This document shows positions 1-16,514 of a DNA stretch of 64,000 bases, piece by piece (positions within the stretch are counted from its first letter, which is position 1; each line of letters opens with the position of its first letter). The notes beneath the pieces were generated by a model. It was not told the origin of the DNA. It searched no databases and saw only the letters and a list, made by a program, of their open reading frames with translations. The stretch is from NCBI RefSeq assembly GCF_009914755.1, contig NC_060927.1. One strand, written 5' to 3'. A program made the position numbers and the translations under genes. The DNA is from the human T2T-CHM13v2.0 reference genome, Homo sapiens.

Positions 1-1124
1 GACATGTTGTAAAAAAATTGTGCTATGGCTGCCTTTTCTTCTGCCCCACAACACAAAGGGCTATTTCTACAAGGCAAAGTTTTGTATATGTGCTATTCTT
101 TACTTCAGATTGAGAGTTGGGAAAAACTGGAGTAAATAATGGGTTTCTTACTTGCTTAAAAGCATATTTATATGTGTATCTCAATATATACAAGGCAGGT
201 TCCCCTATAAAAGTCTGGAATGTACTGCTTAATTTTACACTTGTGTAGACACGATTATTTGTGACTGAAAAGTGGAATAACGTGTGGATTTTGTCAACTC
301 ATTATCAGTCTGTTAGCAGTCCTCTATGTGAGGCATGGTGGTCTAATTGTGAAATTCTCCCTGTATATGGGTGTCTGTGTGAAAGACAGCACTTTCTTCC
401 TGTAAATATCTTTTGATATCCATTTATGTAGAATTCCAATGAATATGTCTTTGGAAAAGGTAATGTATCAAAGTTTTTATTTTGCCAATTGATCTAAATG
501 CCCATATAACTAATCAGAAATCCAGTTTGGTTCAGATTGGGATTTTCTTTTAAAGAAAAAAAAAGTATGCAGAAAAGACTATTGGAAGAATCATGTGTTA
601 GTGACACTTTACATCAACGTTGCTTCAATATTTTGGAATTGACCAGGCTGCTTTCTCCTACCTGCAAGAGAATGTGCCTGACATTTCCCAGTGCTTACTT
701 TGGGCTATAGGAAGTCCAGCGGGGATAGCTCGAGCCTCTTGCTCCCTGAGTCATTTATTCCCTTTACCTGAACAGAGCCTTACCTGCAATTCATAGTGAG
801 AGCACCTGGGTCTGTATCCTGACTCCACTCTAAGTGAGGTGGGACTGAATCACTGTACCTCTCTGGGCCTTTTCATTTGAAACAAGTGGGTTAGACTAGA
901 TTAGCTCCAAAGTCCTCTCTTGCCCTAACATTTTATTTTTATTTTCCTGTGGTTACCACTAGGGTCTGACACGTAAAATGTGAGGGATCACTTAGAGGTT
1001 TGGATGTTATATTTTTGCATTGTTACAGCTTATACTCCCCAGTTGAGGACCTGTGTCATTCTTAGTGGCCCCACGACCCCTCTGTTTGTATTCCTGCTCC
1101 ACTTATCTATACTTTTTTGGGTAA

Positions 1125-1436
<312 letters not shown>

Positions 1437-1929
1437 TGAAAAAAACAACTTTCTAGTCCATGAGGTACTTTGGCTCCATCCCCCTCAAAAACAAAACAAA
1501 AAATCCATTTAAAGTGTCCTCCTAGAAAAGCCTCAGAACTGCCTTCAACTACATCTGTCACCTTTATAGAATATTTTGAAATTCTGGAAGAGGATGGGAA
1601 ACAAAATTCTAATTTAGCTAGAGCTGTGATCCCCAAATAAGTGCTGACAAAATTGTCTACCACAGAAAGGCCGTCCTTGTCATCTTGTAGGCATCACTGC
1701 TGCTAAATCACATCAGTACATGCCTTCTGTGGGGAGATGGCAGGGGGCAGGGGCAGGACCAGGGGATGGGATTAGATAAAGTGTGATAATGTCCTTTAGA
1801 TAAAAGAAATCCTACGCTATAGAACAAGGTTCTGTACTCTTGAGTTGGTGTCTGAGATCACCTGCACAGTGTTACAGAGATTTTCCACTCCATAAATCAC
1901 TCTAAAAGAGTTTGCATAAGACTCGGTAG

Positions 1930-2268
1930 ACCTGTGCTATTCAATGTGGCAGTCAACAGCCATATGTGGCGATGACTACTCAAAGTTTGGCTTGTTCAAA
2001 TCGAGACTGTGTTGTACACATACAATACACACCAGATTTTGAAGGCTTGGTACCAAAAAGGAATTTAAAATATTTCACCAATATTTCATATTGATAACAT
2101 GCTGAAATGACACTATTTTGGATGTACTAAGTAAAATATTAACAATTTAATATATTTATATAATTGAAATTAAAATTCTTTTCACCCATTTTTATTTTTT
2201 TAAAAATGTGGCCCCTAAAGAACTTCAAATTAGACATGTGGATAACGTTATACTTCTATTGGACAGCC
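1930..2268. mobile_element. hAT-Charlie MITE, MER33/MER3-like
   Basis: Starts ctgtgctattcaatgtggcagtcaacagccatatgtggc and ends ttctattggacagc, which are imperfect inverted termini. Confidence 0.65.
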
Positions 2269-2906
2269 CCACTCTAGACTTACATGGTGTGGGGTAGGCA
2301 GTGAAATCCGTAAATAGGAAACGCAATTCTGCAAAGTATCTAAATAGACAGAAACAACACAAATATTTTTGCTGGAGTCAGGAGCACTGTGAGGCACAGA
2401 ACATCTCCCAGAAAGCAGATTTTTTTTTTCTGCCGAAAAACCAATATATATATGTATGATCCCAATTAAAAGACAAAAGCAAATGAGCCCCAAACTGCCT
2501 GTCTTCAGCTTTGCCTGGGAGCTGCTACCTTTGCTCTTCTAGCATCTTCTAGGTACCAAGGATATTAGCCACTTGAGGGTGTTGGGCATATTTGTTTCAT
2601 TGTAGGCAAAATCCTCTTGTGGTTTCCCCTCCCCAGGTATTGTTGAGTCTGTTCAAAGCTGGGTGTGTTGAAACACTGCACAAATCCTGCCACTCTTGAT
2701 GTGCCGCTTGTCTCAGCCTTGGCAGAGGCTGAGTCTGTTCCTGTGCCCACCTGTCCAGCAGGTTTTGATGTTGGCTCCTGAAAGAGTTTGTATTTATTTT
2801 ATTTTGCACTAGTCACAGTTGTTGTTAAACTGTATCAAATGTTTTGGGAGATTATTTGCCTGAGATGGAAAGAGAGATGGATGATTTATTGCTTCAATTG
2901 TTTTAA

Positions 2907-2960
2907 ATTAAAAGCTATTCTCACAATCTGAGGCCCTTTATGGCTCTTTTTTTCTTTAAT
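2907..2960 (+). terminator. Poly(A) signal ATTAAA with downstream U-rich element
   Basis: ATTAAA at 2907-2912, CA dinucleotides about 10-14 nt downstream, then ctctttttttctttaatttt. Confidence 0.6.
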
Positions 2961-3314
2961 TTTGAAAAATGCCAAGTAAACGGATTCTGCCATTGATTGT
3001 TTTCATCTGTCAGTGGAACAGGTAACTTGAGACAATGACTAATCTTATTTCTTTTTAGGGGTTCTTGGCGTTACCAGGCAGCCATCACAGTGGACCATCA
3101 GTGGTGGCACATTGTTACCTCTGTGGAGGAGGGAGGATTTGGGGCAGGGCGGAGTCTCCTGCCTTGGACTTTATCTGCTGGATGTCATGTCACAGATCTT
3201 TCTCTTGTTCCCTAGATCTTGGTTTGCTGACAGCCCCCTTAACACATATAAAAGCAGAGTGGGCACACGCTATGTCCAGAGACTTAGGCATTTCGATGAC
3301 ACTGTGTCTCTAAG

Positions 3315-4062
<748 letters not shown>

Positions 4063-4869
4063 TAGGATATGTTAATCGGTGCTTAAAAATCCATTCGATG
4101 CTCAAATTTTTTAGAAGAATGAACCTATGTATTTTTAAAAATCCAAGTAAATGACCAGCTTCAGTGTTCTGCCTTATGTTTTGATGAGGGGAATAAAACA
4201 GTGAGGGAATGATTGGGATAGTGAAGGATTATTTGCCACCAGAGAATGCTGAAGTTTTTGGGACAATGTTTGCAAGCCCCCTTCTAACTCACCTCCATTT
4301 GCTATATCTCTTCGTGCCTAATGGGGGATTTTACCAGTGTGAATATGCACTGTTGAATTTTTGGTCCTGCTTTTCAAATGCTGTCAGTGACAAACTTCAG
4401 TTGTAGTGGGAAATTTAATAGGAAACAGTGAGCCATCTCATCCCTCATGCAACCAGTCATTTAAAAATCAACTAGGAAAAGTCTTTCAGTGTGGTAGGGA
4501 GGTAGGGTGGTATAATTGCAAGAGTGGAGGCATACAGACTTGAAGTCAAATCCTGTTTCCAACACAGACTAGCTATGTGACTTTGGTAAACACATAATTT
4601 CCTGAGATTCAGTCTTTTCATCTGTGTAGTAGGCATAATAATAACTGAGGTGAGTTACATAAAGTATATGACAATCTGGTGAACACAGGGCATTTTTATG
4701 TCACATTTTCACCCATTTAGCATTGACTCTATGGAGGTTTTGACCCTTTGTTTTAATCTAAAAGATTTTTTAAAATATCAGAATTATACGAACATTGATG
4801 ACTTTTTTCCAAGAGTATTTTTCTGGAGATAATTTCGTTAAGTCAGTTAATTTTGTTAATTTAAATAGT

Positions 4870-6720
4870 ATGGCTCATCATTCAATAAATAGTAAACATC
4901 TACTATGTGCTATGTATTTTTTTCTTAGAAGATATCTGTAAATAAAGACAATATTCCTGCCTTTGTTGAGTCTTATTTTTTGGCAAGGAGAGACAGATAG
5001 TAAACATAAAAAATAAGTAGATTCTATAACAAGAGGTATTAAGTGCTATGGAAAAAAGAAAACACACCAGAGAGGTGAGGGTGCAGATTGCAGTATAAAT
5101 AGCATACTTAGGAAACAAATCATCTGGAGGTGAGATTTGAACCAAGACCTGAAGGAAGTGAATGGACTCATCCAAGGGGATATTTGGGGAAAGAATATGC
5201 TTGGCAGAGGAATTAGCTGGTGCAAAGGCCCCACAGTGGGGCATGTCTGCTATGTCAGAGGAGCGTCAAAAGGATGAGTATGGCTCAAGAGAATGGAGTG
5301 ATGGGGAGAGTAATGGGAGAGGAGGTCAGAGAGGGGCCAGATTGCCTGGACCTGGGAGGCTTTGGGAAGGGCACTCCAAAGTGCAATAGGAAGCTATTAT
5401 AGGGCCTTGTGCAGAGCAATGACCCAATCTGACTGAAGTTTCATAAATTCTTTGTTCAGACTAGATGGTAGGAAGGCAAGGATAAAGGTTGGGGCTCCTG
5501 TGGTCAGCAACGTGGGAGGATGATGGCTCAAACAGGGCAGGAGCAGTGAAGCTAGTGAGAATGGTCAGATTTGCGATACATTTAAAGGTAAGACCCTGAG
5601 GATTTCCTCATGCGTAGGATGTAGGGTATGAGGGAATTGAGAGTAGCTAAAGCTAACCCCAAAGTTTTTATCCTGAGGAACTGAAGAGTGTAGTTACAAT
5701 CAACTAAGATAGGGAAGGCTTAGTGGGATTGGGGTGGTAATGGTGGAGAAAGATGACCGGAAGTCCAGTTTAAGATGTGTTAAGTTTGAAACGCCTATTA
5801 GAACTCCGTGGTTGATGTTGAGTAGGAAGCTGGATATCCAACTGATTTTGGGAGAGAGTTCTGGACTAAAAATAGAAATTTGGGACTTGTTGGCATCTAG
5901 ATGCTATTTGAAACAATGGGACTGGGTACAATCACCAATGGAGGAAGACAGGAAATAGAAGTCCAGGGACTGAACCCTAGGGGATTTCCACCTAAGAAGT
6001 CAGGGAGAGGACAAGCCAACAAAGGAGACTGAGAGGCGTGACCGTCAAGGTGGAGGAAAGCCAAGAGCATGGTGCCTGGAGTGGAAGCCAGGAGAAGGAG
6101 GTGTCTTACTGAGGCGAGAGTGATCAACTTTCCAATAATCGTTAATAGGGTATGTAAGCTGAGGACTGACAATCAAGGTCCTGGGTGATCTCTGTGGGAA
6201 CGGTTTTGGAAGCACGGTGAAAGGAGTGGGTTGAAGAGAGAATGGGAGGAGGGAAATTGCAGATAGTGAATGCAGCCAACTCTTTGAGGAGTTTTACTAC
6301 TATGGGAAGCAAAGATGGGAGTGGTGGCTGATGGGAAATGGGGTGAGGTCAAGAGAAGGTTTTTGTTTTTAAATGTGAGAAATAAGATGGTCAAATAGAA
6401 ATAGAAATATTGAAGATGTAAGAGAGAGACGGAAGATGTCCTTGAGCTGATCTGATGTCCTTGAGCAGGGAAAAGGTGATGGGATCTGGTGCCAAAGTGG
6501 GGAGCTGATTTAGGCAAGGACATAGAAAGACCATGGCAATAGGAGGAAGGCAGAGACCAGGAGTGCAGCTGCTGGTGGTGAGGAGACACACTGCTGAGAG
6601 TCTGACAGTTCTCTTTTGCCTGCTTTATTTTCTCAGCAAAATAGGAAGCAAATCCATCAGCTGAGAGCGAGGATGGGGGAATTTAGGGATTTGAGGAGAG
6701 AGGAGAAAGTGTGAAATAGT
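4870..6720 (-). mobile_element. L2 LINE fragment (about 1.8 kb)
   Basis: Begins with the reversed L2 3' tail (tcattcaataaata...ctactatgtgc) followed by the typical purine-rich L2 antisense body. Confidence 0.8.
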
Positions 6721-8039
6721 TATCCAGTTCAGCTATTTCCAAGCTTTTGCATTTTTTTCTATTTTAATGAAATTAGTATAATTGGTATCAATTCTGTTAA
6801 TTTTAGGAGGGCCATCTTGAGTCATCAGTTAATTTTAAGCCTTATTGATTTTTCCTTATGAAAACTTCTGCTATTGCCGATTCCCTTTTGCAGCCATTAT
6901 TTCCACCAGGTCCAGCTTTACTAGTGAAATTTTGCAAATCTAAATTTTGTCAAGAAGAGTTTCTCCTTTTGTCAATTTTTAATCAACAGCAGACTTTACC
7001 ATGAGCAATGTTAGCTATCATATTGGTTATTTTTCTCAAGCCTACTTTTTCCTGGGTCAGTTTTTACAGTTCGTAGAATTAGATGTGATCTTTAGTCCAC
7101 TTTTAATCTAGGAGTGATTTTTTTTTTCACCATATACAGTTTTTGCTTTTATGTTCATTATATGCAGTAGGCAGAAACTTGGGACAAGAATATCCATTGG
7201 AGTTAAATGGCAGAGTAGAAACGTCGAGCCTAGGAATCTGCCACAGTTTCAGTAAATATCAGCTGCTTCTGTGTCCCCCTTTCAAAGAACTCCAGTTGCT
7301 TCATTTCCAGATGGCTCAGGGAAGCAACCTTAAGCATGGGGCCTACTGAGGATCAGCAGGTTAGTTCCACAGGGAAAAATACTAAAATTAGCTGTCAGTT
7401 CCCCAAATTCTGATGCATTAAGATGATTACCAGGTAACATTATTTATTATAGATGTAAGAAAGAAAAAAAAAAGTCCTTCACGAGCCCTAAAGTGTTGGG
7501 TCATTAAGATATTACTTTAAGGAAACTTGTAAAGAATATAAAGAACTCTTCAACCTTCAGTTTCTCTTATATACACATGGAGAGAACGCAGCTATTTCAG
7601 GAAATTCATATAGTTTACATTTAAAAAGTGGAAGTAGGGGATATGAAATAGGCTTGAGATATTCAAGGAGTGGGGGAGAAGCCTCAATTTATCACTACGT
7701 AGTTGGATTTTTATCTTACATAGCGCAGCAGCGAAGCGGGAAAGAAATATGTACAGCTTGATTTTATAGGGGAAAAAATGGAATTTTATGAAGGTCAGGG
7801 GCTGCCTCAGATTGACAGATGGAACAGTGACAAGTGAGAAAGGGATGCTCCAGTCTCTTGCTGTATAGCTCTCTTCGCTTAGCCTGCAGTTCCCTCCCCT
7901 GCCAACCTGACTCAAGGACTTTATTTTGAAAATGGTTTGGAAGAACAGAAACCTCAGTCTGAACACCGTCATCTTTGCGTGGAGCAAATTTGCCCTTGAA
8001 TCTGCTCTGGGAAGGCCTCCCATGATCTTCCACCTGCCA

Positions 8040-8455
8040 GGCTGTCTACTAAGGTCGTGCAGCTCACAGCCCTCACCACCCCAGCCCCCCTTCTTCCTGA
8101 ATGCACACTAAGCTCATTGCTGCCTTGGGATCTTGCACAAGCTATTGGCTCTGCCAGTAGCGTTGTGCCAACTCTACCTGTCAGCAAATCTCAGTCCAAA
8201 TGTCATGTAAGAGAAAACTTATCTGACCACCTACAGATAAAGGAGCCCCTCCACTCATTCTCATAATAACTTATTTGCCTTGTTCTAGTACGTTGTAGCA
8301 CATGGCATTCTTATTTGTTAAAGTATTTGTAGGCATCCTTTCACAGAAATCTAAGTTCTTCAAGGGCAAGTTTGATTTCATTCACTTACTACTGTGTCCT
8401 ACGCCCAGAATGGTGTCAGCACATAATTTGTATCTAAATATTTATTGACTGACCA
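8040..8455 (+). mobile_element. L2 3' end
   Basis: Ends ...cagcacataatttgtatctaaatatttattgactgac, which resembles the L2 terminus. Confidence 0.65.
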
Positions 8456-8502
8456 GAAAACCAAAAGACCCTAAAACTGAAATTTATTTTAATATTTTTA
8501 TT
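8455..8502 (-). terminator. Candidate distal poly(A) site of PEX5L
   Basis: Two AATAAA hexamers (8497-8502, 8483-8488) are followed on the minus strand by a GU/U-rich tract, ttttagggtcttttggttttctgg. Confidence 0.6.
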
Positions 8503-11115
8503 CTAAAAAGAATCACAAAATTCAATTTCAGGTTAAATAATATTTTAGTCTTAAAAAATTAACAAAGGAGGAAGATTTTTAAAGTTTTGTTTTATATCCA
8601 AAAATGCATTCCTGATTTCCAGATAGCTCATGCAAAATCATATGTAGTGATATTCAATATTTAATAAAAGGACCTTTAGCCAGTAGTACAAATTGGATTC
8701 CATTTGATCAGAAGGAGTTCTGATCCCCAAATCCCATTTTGAAAGATTCCTGAAAAGACCTCGAAGCCGCAGACAAAGTTTATTTGAAAACATAGTTTAA
8801 AATTGCACAAATATAAATACAATTTAATAATGTGAAAAAGGGAAGGCATGCTTCCAATAATAGTACAAAAATACTACCTTAATCTTGTTACGCAAATTAG
8901 AAGCCAACTGAGTAAATTAAACACATCAATATGATAAGAGGTTATTTTTATGGTAGTAATTTTATTTCAAAGAGCAACGCAGGGAAATACTAAGATGAAG
9001 CCTTAATACCCAACAGAGTTGTGCTATGATACATATTATTTCACTAAATCACTGATACAGTATCACATAATATGCCAATCACTTTAAAATCCCCTCCCCC
9101 CCATTGCCATTAATTTACTATAGGTCACTTAATTTGAATTGGTATTAATTTAGTAACGCAATGTAAACATTTAAACTTAAATTTTTTTCTTGTTATCTAT
9201 TTCAGCCTGAAAATGAAATCCCAAGACTTTAAACATTTATGAGCATGAGGAGGAAGCATCACAGAAGAATTGTCTCAAAACAACATTTTTAGATTAGATT
9301 AGAGATGCAATATTCATAGATATATAAAATATGTAGAAATGTCTTTTCTAAATAGTTAAATGTTTGTTACAGTTTGTAAAAAGTTTAATAAATTAATCAG
9401 TTTTTTTTCAACCAATGTAAACAAATTTGGGCAATGTAAATTGAAAGTTTGGGTTAGATGATATATAGGGAACATGAAAGGAAGTTGGTAAAAACTTAAG
9501 TTTGCTGTATTTCCCTTAACTACTGGTAATGTAGTCCATCATGAACACATTTCTCACATGGCAGAATTCTTGTATGGTATCCATGCAGAAATGCTATATA
9601 TCTCAGTGAAAATGCCAAATGCTCGAATTACCGAGCTGAGTGTGTATACCTCTTAGTCTTTTTGTGTTATACCATTTCCCTTTCCAAGAAATCCAAAGAA
9701 CACGACCCCTCCCCCTCCCCCAATGAATGATACACATTTTATAGTTGAGCAAAGAACTGCCTAATTGTTGTTGTTGTTGTTTCCATCTTAATATTATTTT
9801 GAGTGCAGGCTTCTATTAAGTATCCCACGGAGCTCATCAGGGTTTTGCTCTGACATTCTGCAGCATTGCAAGTTAGTTTTCTCTTATAGAGAAGGTCCTG
9901 AGAAAACAGTTCTGACATTGGGACACTTGTCTCTAGACTGTGTTATTTTGGTATTTCTGCAGAAGCTGCAGGTAGTGGAAACTTCGTTCAAGGCAAAATA
10001 CCACATGAGAGGTTGTTAAACCTCACAGTTTAATTTTCTGTGTTTTTTTTTTTCCTCTTAACTGTTTAATGCCTCCCCACAATCGTCTTTGCTATGTGTG
10101 TTATGTGTAGAATTCTGTCTTTGAGCTCATGGTATGTGTGTGAGGGTACCGGGGTATATGGAGTGAGTAACAAAGCTGTTACTAATGTAAGACCACATGG
10201 TCTCACTGAGCTTTGCTCTCTCCCTTTCTGGTCTCCTCATAAAATAGGGGTTATGGGAAAAGGCAGTGAGAAGATTTCAGAGTTGGTTCTGAGTGACCGT
10301 GAAATCACCTCATCACTCCCTAAATATCAGTGTTTTTAGACCTGTTGATCAAGTCCAGTTTCTCAAGGGACATTTAGCCCAAGCAGCTCAACTACCATAC
10401 AAACAGGGCTGTATCAGAACAATGTTGTGATACCCCACACACTTGCTATGTGACATTTATGAAAATTAAGGCCCCATATCTACTTCGTTGTGTGATGATT
10501 TTGATGTGCCTGACATTACCCCAACCTCCTCGCCTTATTTAGAATATCAGTTTTTCTAATTTATTCCCAAACTTTTAGAAAAATTTTGAAATGCATTATT
10601 AAGAATTTAAAGTCGAAACCTTTATGTGCTGAGGCAGTCAACATGATTTAGTTTAGTAGCATTCAGACACTTGGATTTGTTTAAGTTTGGGATCTGTTGT
10701 GCCTCAACTGGTTTTTGAAAAAGTGTTTAGATGTCCCAGATTCTTCAGAGGATTAGTTTGGCACTGGTAACACTGTAGAAACCAGATGTGTGAATATCTG
10801 TAAAGTTCAGTGTGATAGCATGAAAACAATCTCAAGGATAGGATAAGAAAAGCAAATAGAAAAACTGTAACACAAAGTTCATAAAAATGCTCCCTTGTAT
10901 AGAGGCAAGGAACAACAGGCTAACCTATGAGACTTAATCATGCACTGTGTAAATTTAAATTCAGTCAAGTTATCTTGCATGCTTTGGTTAATATTTGAGT
11001 AGGCAAATTTGCAATACTAATGCATGCAATATTTTTGTACCTGAGGTTATACGTTTTGCTTTTAAAAAATTGCTTTTTTACAAACTTTATGCCAGAGTTT
11101 ATCTATGAACACTCT

Positions 11116-11116
<1 letters not shown>

Positions 11117-11157
<41 letters not shown>
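11117..11157. repeat. A-run plus (TA)n microsatellite in the PEX5L 3' UTR
   Basis: A12 is followed directly by about 14 TA units. Confidence 0.95.
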
Positions 11158-11159
<2 letters not shown>

Positions 11160-12440
11160 ACTTCTTAGTTCAAAACAGTTTAATTTCAACCAGTTCTATA
11201 ACTATTGAGATGATGATAGGGAAACTGCAGTAAAATGTGGATACGAAATGAATTTGAAATTATTTTACAAGGTTGAAATCATAAGTGTGCACGTGTAATA
11301 ATTTCTAAAATAAGAGGGTTCAAAAAGGATGGCATATAAAGTAAGCCTTTAGAATACCCTGTTTCTAGAATGTTCTAGAAGTATCTCAAGATATAAAACA
11401 ACAACCACCACTGCTACAACAACTAGCTTAAAGTACAGTCCAATCTTGGGGAACTGATTCAGGGCAAATGAGGAAGGGTCTCAGAATGATCAACTTGCTT
11501 TCTCTGTATTCCCAAGCTCACAGACAAAGTTTATGATAAAGAGTTTGGAAGCTTTTATTATAAAAGTGGGACTAGCTACAACTGTATTCAAGTCTTGCTT
11601 GTATGGGAAGAATATACAAGAAATATTTATCTATACAAGTATTTAGACATGGGTCCCACGTTCAATATAATAGTATCTTAAAGAGAAGAATGAGGAAAGT
11701 GGCATGAAACTCTAAAAGTGAGTTTGTGAAACGTAAGTGGACATTCCTACCCAGTTATGTTTCCTTACTTTTCTGTTCTAGTAGGAATCCAGATTGACTG
11801 AGAAAGCACGGTGCATAGTATTCTATTAAAATTTCCTGGTGGACGAGATCTACCCATTTTTCAGGAGTCATGGGGAGTGAGTTTTGGAGGAAGTAAAGGG
11901 AATGAATCAGTATGATTGGCCCAGTGAGAGGGATTTTTATTCCTCCTCCTCTCCCCTATCCCTCTGTCTCCTCCTCACCAGGAAGGTACAACAGCATGTA
12001 GAAGTAGCCTACTAGAAATGGTTATATTTTGAAACTCAGCAATAATCACTGGCTTTCTCTTTATTTTCATCCAATCTACAGGCGAAGTCAGTCCCTGGAA
12101 GTCACCTGTATGTAACTGAAGTCACCCGTATGTAGCCATTCTAGTAAGAATACCCTCTTCTAGGAGCTGTTAGGCTGTTATACATTAATACATGAAAAAG
12201 GAAACTCAAAGCCTTCTCAGAGTACCTCAGAAGGGAAATAAGGATACCCTCCCCTTTCAAACGGAAAGAGTAATTTAAATGACAATTTCATGCCATGAAG
12301 ATAAGATGCCAAAAATTGTTCTGCCAAAAAATAAAGTAGATGCACTTCTAAGAAACAAAACATTTACTGTATATGATTTATACAAAAAGACTGTTCTAAA
12401 GTCTTGCTACTGATTTCTTGGTGGTGCTCTATTCCTATAA

Positions 12441-12743
<303 letters not shown>

Positions 12744-15353
12744 TGTCACTCATGTTTTAATAATGGTTTTAACTTAATTTTATAAAAAATATTATTGAAA
12801 AATGCAACTCTTTTCCTCTTGGGCCGTAATTCTGGACTTCTTGACAGCCTATAAAAATCTTAGATCTGACAGATACTACATACACTAGAGAAAGTACTAC
12901 TAAATGCTCTGCAAATTGCCAAATAATGGTAAGAATGGAAGATTGTTTAGTCTTCCCTAAAACAGCTCCTTGGAGTTTGTGTTCCAATAGCAAAATAAAA
13001 CTTGGGCCACAAAATTTGCCACCATTTAGCAACAAATTAATTATTTGACATTTATACTAGTTTCAGGCTTTAAATCCAGGCTGCAGATTCAGCTGCTGCT
13101 CAAAGTATAGAATGGCATCACAGAACACTTACAAAGTTTGCTTTGAATCCTTTGTTCAGAGGCTATTCAATCCTTTGTCCATGAACTATTCATGCCGACT
13201 TTCTGGTCAAGGTACAGAGATGGCAGGAGGAAGGAGCAGGGAAGGAAAGGATGCTTAATCAGGCATATTCAAGCAGGCCCTGCCATGGCTTGGAGGCTGG
13301 CCCCAAGAGTCCTTACCAGACTGGGTTTCTCGAATTCTACAATTCTTACAATACCATTCTTGAAAGCATTGTTGAGCTTTACTTTGCTGCTGAGACTGTA
13401 GAGAAGCACGGTCTGAGACTGGGTGGTCGCTGCTACCCATGATGAGTGCCTGAATGCCTCTGCCTTCTGCTGACCAGCTGGAGCTACCACCTGGCCCAAG
13501 TCAACTTTGACAATGACTATCAAAACCTGGCACTCCTCACAGTGGCCTCAGCTTTTTGTCTTTATAAACTAGAATAGGTTATAACATATGTAAGCCTCAA
13601 GGACTTGTGGTTTCTGTTAACTTGAGGCCCTCTCACAACCCAAGGACTTCAGATGTAACAGAGGAGAGGATTTTATTCCTGTACCTCGCATTCAATTGAT
13701 AAGCACGTGTGCACATTTACTCCTCAGTAGAAGCTTATTCCCCAGCCAATTAGACTGTTTTGATCCCAATTCTGTGGAGTCTTTTTTGTTGTTGTTGTTT
13801 TATTTTTTGTGGGTAGCTATAATCATGAGCGGGATGAGCTATTATTATCAAAGAACATAAATAAAAAGTTGTTAGGATTAGCTACTGTGGGGAAGGTTCT
13901 AGACGAAGGAAGGAGACCAGGTAAAGAAGAATGGGATAACTTCTATACCTGACATTGGGAAAATTATATTCTGATTAGCATTTTGCAAAAAATGTTCCTA
14001 ATTCTTTAAAAAATGTATCTTTCAAAATAATCACCAAGCCCCAAACACATACAAAACACTGTGGAGAACTAAGTGGAATTCAACCAATTAAAACACCACT
14101 GCTAATAGAAAATTCCCAATACTTGCTAAATGTTCAAAGAGCCAAAGAGGCATGCATCTTTCATATGAAATCACTGGCATTCAGTGAGATTTGGTTTGAA
14201 AGTGTTGCTCTTCTATCACTTAGAATGCAAGGGGATGAACAGTGCAGATTATTATGAAACTAAGAAAACATAATTTTTAGGAAAAAATGTTATTTATCAC
14301 TCTTAAGAAATATTATTTAAAATATTTATGGTTTAAAAGGAATATTGGTGTGCAGGGCAAAGCCAGTAAAGTATGACACTTAAGCAAGTTAATTTGAACT
14401 CAATAGAAATCACGATACCATCAAACTTTCTTCCTGCAGAGAATGCATGAAGAGACAGTACCTTGTGTCTTACTTATGTTCATACAGACCCAGAAAGCAC
14501 GTGAATGAAAAGATCTGTTTGCCATATTTACGCCTTATGTCATCGTATCTGCTTTAAGAAAAACACTTCTTCAAAATCCTACACTATGAAAAACTGTCTT
14601 CAGGAATTGTTTATTTGGTCCGTTGATCTAGTGAGGCTGAGTTCTTAAATCTTTCACCCCCAAGTTAAAAATTGGAGCAACAAAACAAAACTCCAGCAAG
14701 GCATAAATAAGATATTAAAGTGCATATATACAATACCAGAAAAGTTTAGATTGGGAACAGCAAAAATTTCTAGTGCAAAAACTGCTTTTGCCAGCAAAGC
14801 TCCCTCTCTGGAATCAAAGGGCTACAGTAAAAGTTAAAATTGGAACAGGTTTAAGCAATGTCTGTCTTTAGTCACAAGTTAATATATGTGCATGCACCAA
14901 TGGCCCAAACTATGTTCAGTCTTGCAAAAGAAGACAGTTCAGAAACAGTCAGAATTTCCCAATCTGAGGCAGTGCTTTTTCCATGTTTCCCATGAACAAG
15001 TTCCTCAGATGTGTCATCAGCTGCAAGGGGAGACAAAAAACCCAAAGAACATGTGTTGCAATATGCTTGCAACTTGTGGAAAGAGTATTCAACACACAGT
15101 TACTTTATCTTGGTTTGTCTTGAGTCTCTTAATTCTTCTTTTGAGCCTGACTTTGACTCTATATACAACATTTTGTGCTTTTGGATCTGAACAGAGACTG
15201 GGCATTGTCCACAGGAATTAATTTCCTTGGGCTATATGACCATGGCCTTTTGAATATTTGATTTATCCTTTTGAAATTCATAATAAAATAGTTTTTGATT
15301 TTTCAGTACAATCACACAGATCAGGGATTATTAGTACTGGTATTATTCTTTCT

Positions 15354-15558
15354 TCAAGGATCCAAGTTGAAAGCTCTTAAGAGGACATCCAGGTCACCAA
15401 GATTAGCCGCCTGGAAGAGTTCTGGTTGGTCCATCAGAGAGAGCGCAATTCTGAGGGCAGCCCAGATATTCCCAGAGATTGCAGGATGAGGAACTTGCTG
15501 CTGATTCCTGCTCTTTCTTTGCAAACTGAGGGCAGTGAGAAAATTGCTGACCGCTTCT
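15354..15558 (-). CDS. PEX5L: PEX5L last coding exon part (205 nt): EAVSNFLTALSLQRKSRN...LLRAFNLDP*
   Basis: Acceptor ctaccttcttag|AGAAGC and TGA at 15354-15356. The seven exons total 1059 nt (353 codons) with no internal stop. Confidence 0.97.
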
Positions 15559-15759
15559 CTAAGAAGGTAGAAAAACATATTTTAAAATGAGTCACATTTC
15601 AGAGTTAGCAAATGTAAACAAAACAAAACAAAATTGGATTAAGTGATTTTAATCTAAAATCTTAAATCACCTCTTACGTGTTCTGGATGATCAAATGAAC
15701 AACTTTCTAATTCTCTTATATTCTTTAGTGAGCAATCATTGTTAAATACAGTGAGGTCA

Positions 15760-16102
<343 letters not shown>

Positions 16103-16514
16103 TTATTTTAGGAATGTCACGTGGGAGAGAAAGAATAATAGCAAAACCATGCAAATTCATTAATGCATTCGATTTTCCTCTGCTCTAGGAATGATTTGAA
16201 CACTTAATGCATTTGCAGATTTGATTTCTATAACTAGGTTTAAGAGGAAGAATATAGCCCTACTTAAAAACAAAGTGGTCTAATTTTTCCCATTAGTGCT
16301 AGATGTATGGAACACAGCTAGAGTAGATTGAGTTTATTACTGGGCACCTGTCTTGAATCCCAGTTATTTAGCAGTAGGCAAATTTCTTGTTTTTTTTTTT
16401 TCCAAGGATTACTTTCCCTGAGTGTGTAATAGGGATAATCAAAGGCATTTAAAAACTTTGTGAGGTGCAGTTGAATCAATCTACATGAAAGCTCTTATCA
16501 CTGAGTAAGATCAA

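Noticed and set aside
7592-8033. 143-aa and 89-aa intergenic ORFs with a few CpGs
   Set aside because: No recognisable domain, exon structure or poly(A) context.
12098-12134. Short direct repeats (GAAGTCACCYGTATGTA x2; also 21601-21645 and 6435-6466)
   Set aside because: Two-copy slippage duplications with no array structure.
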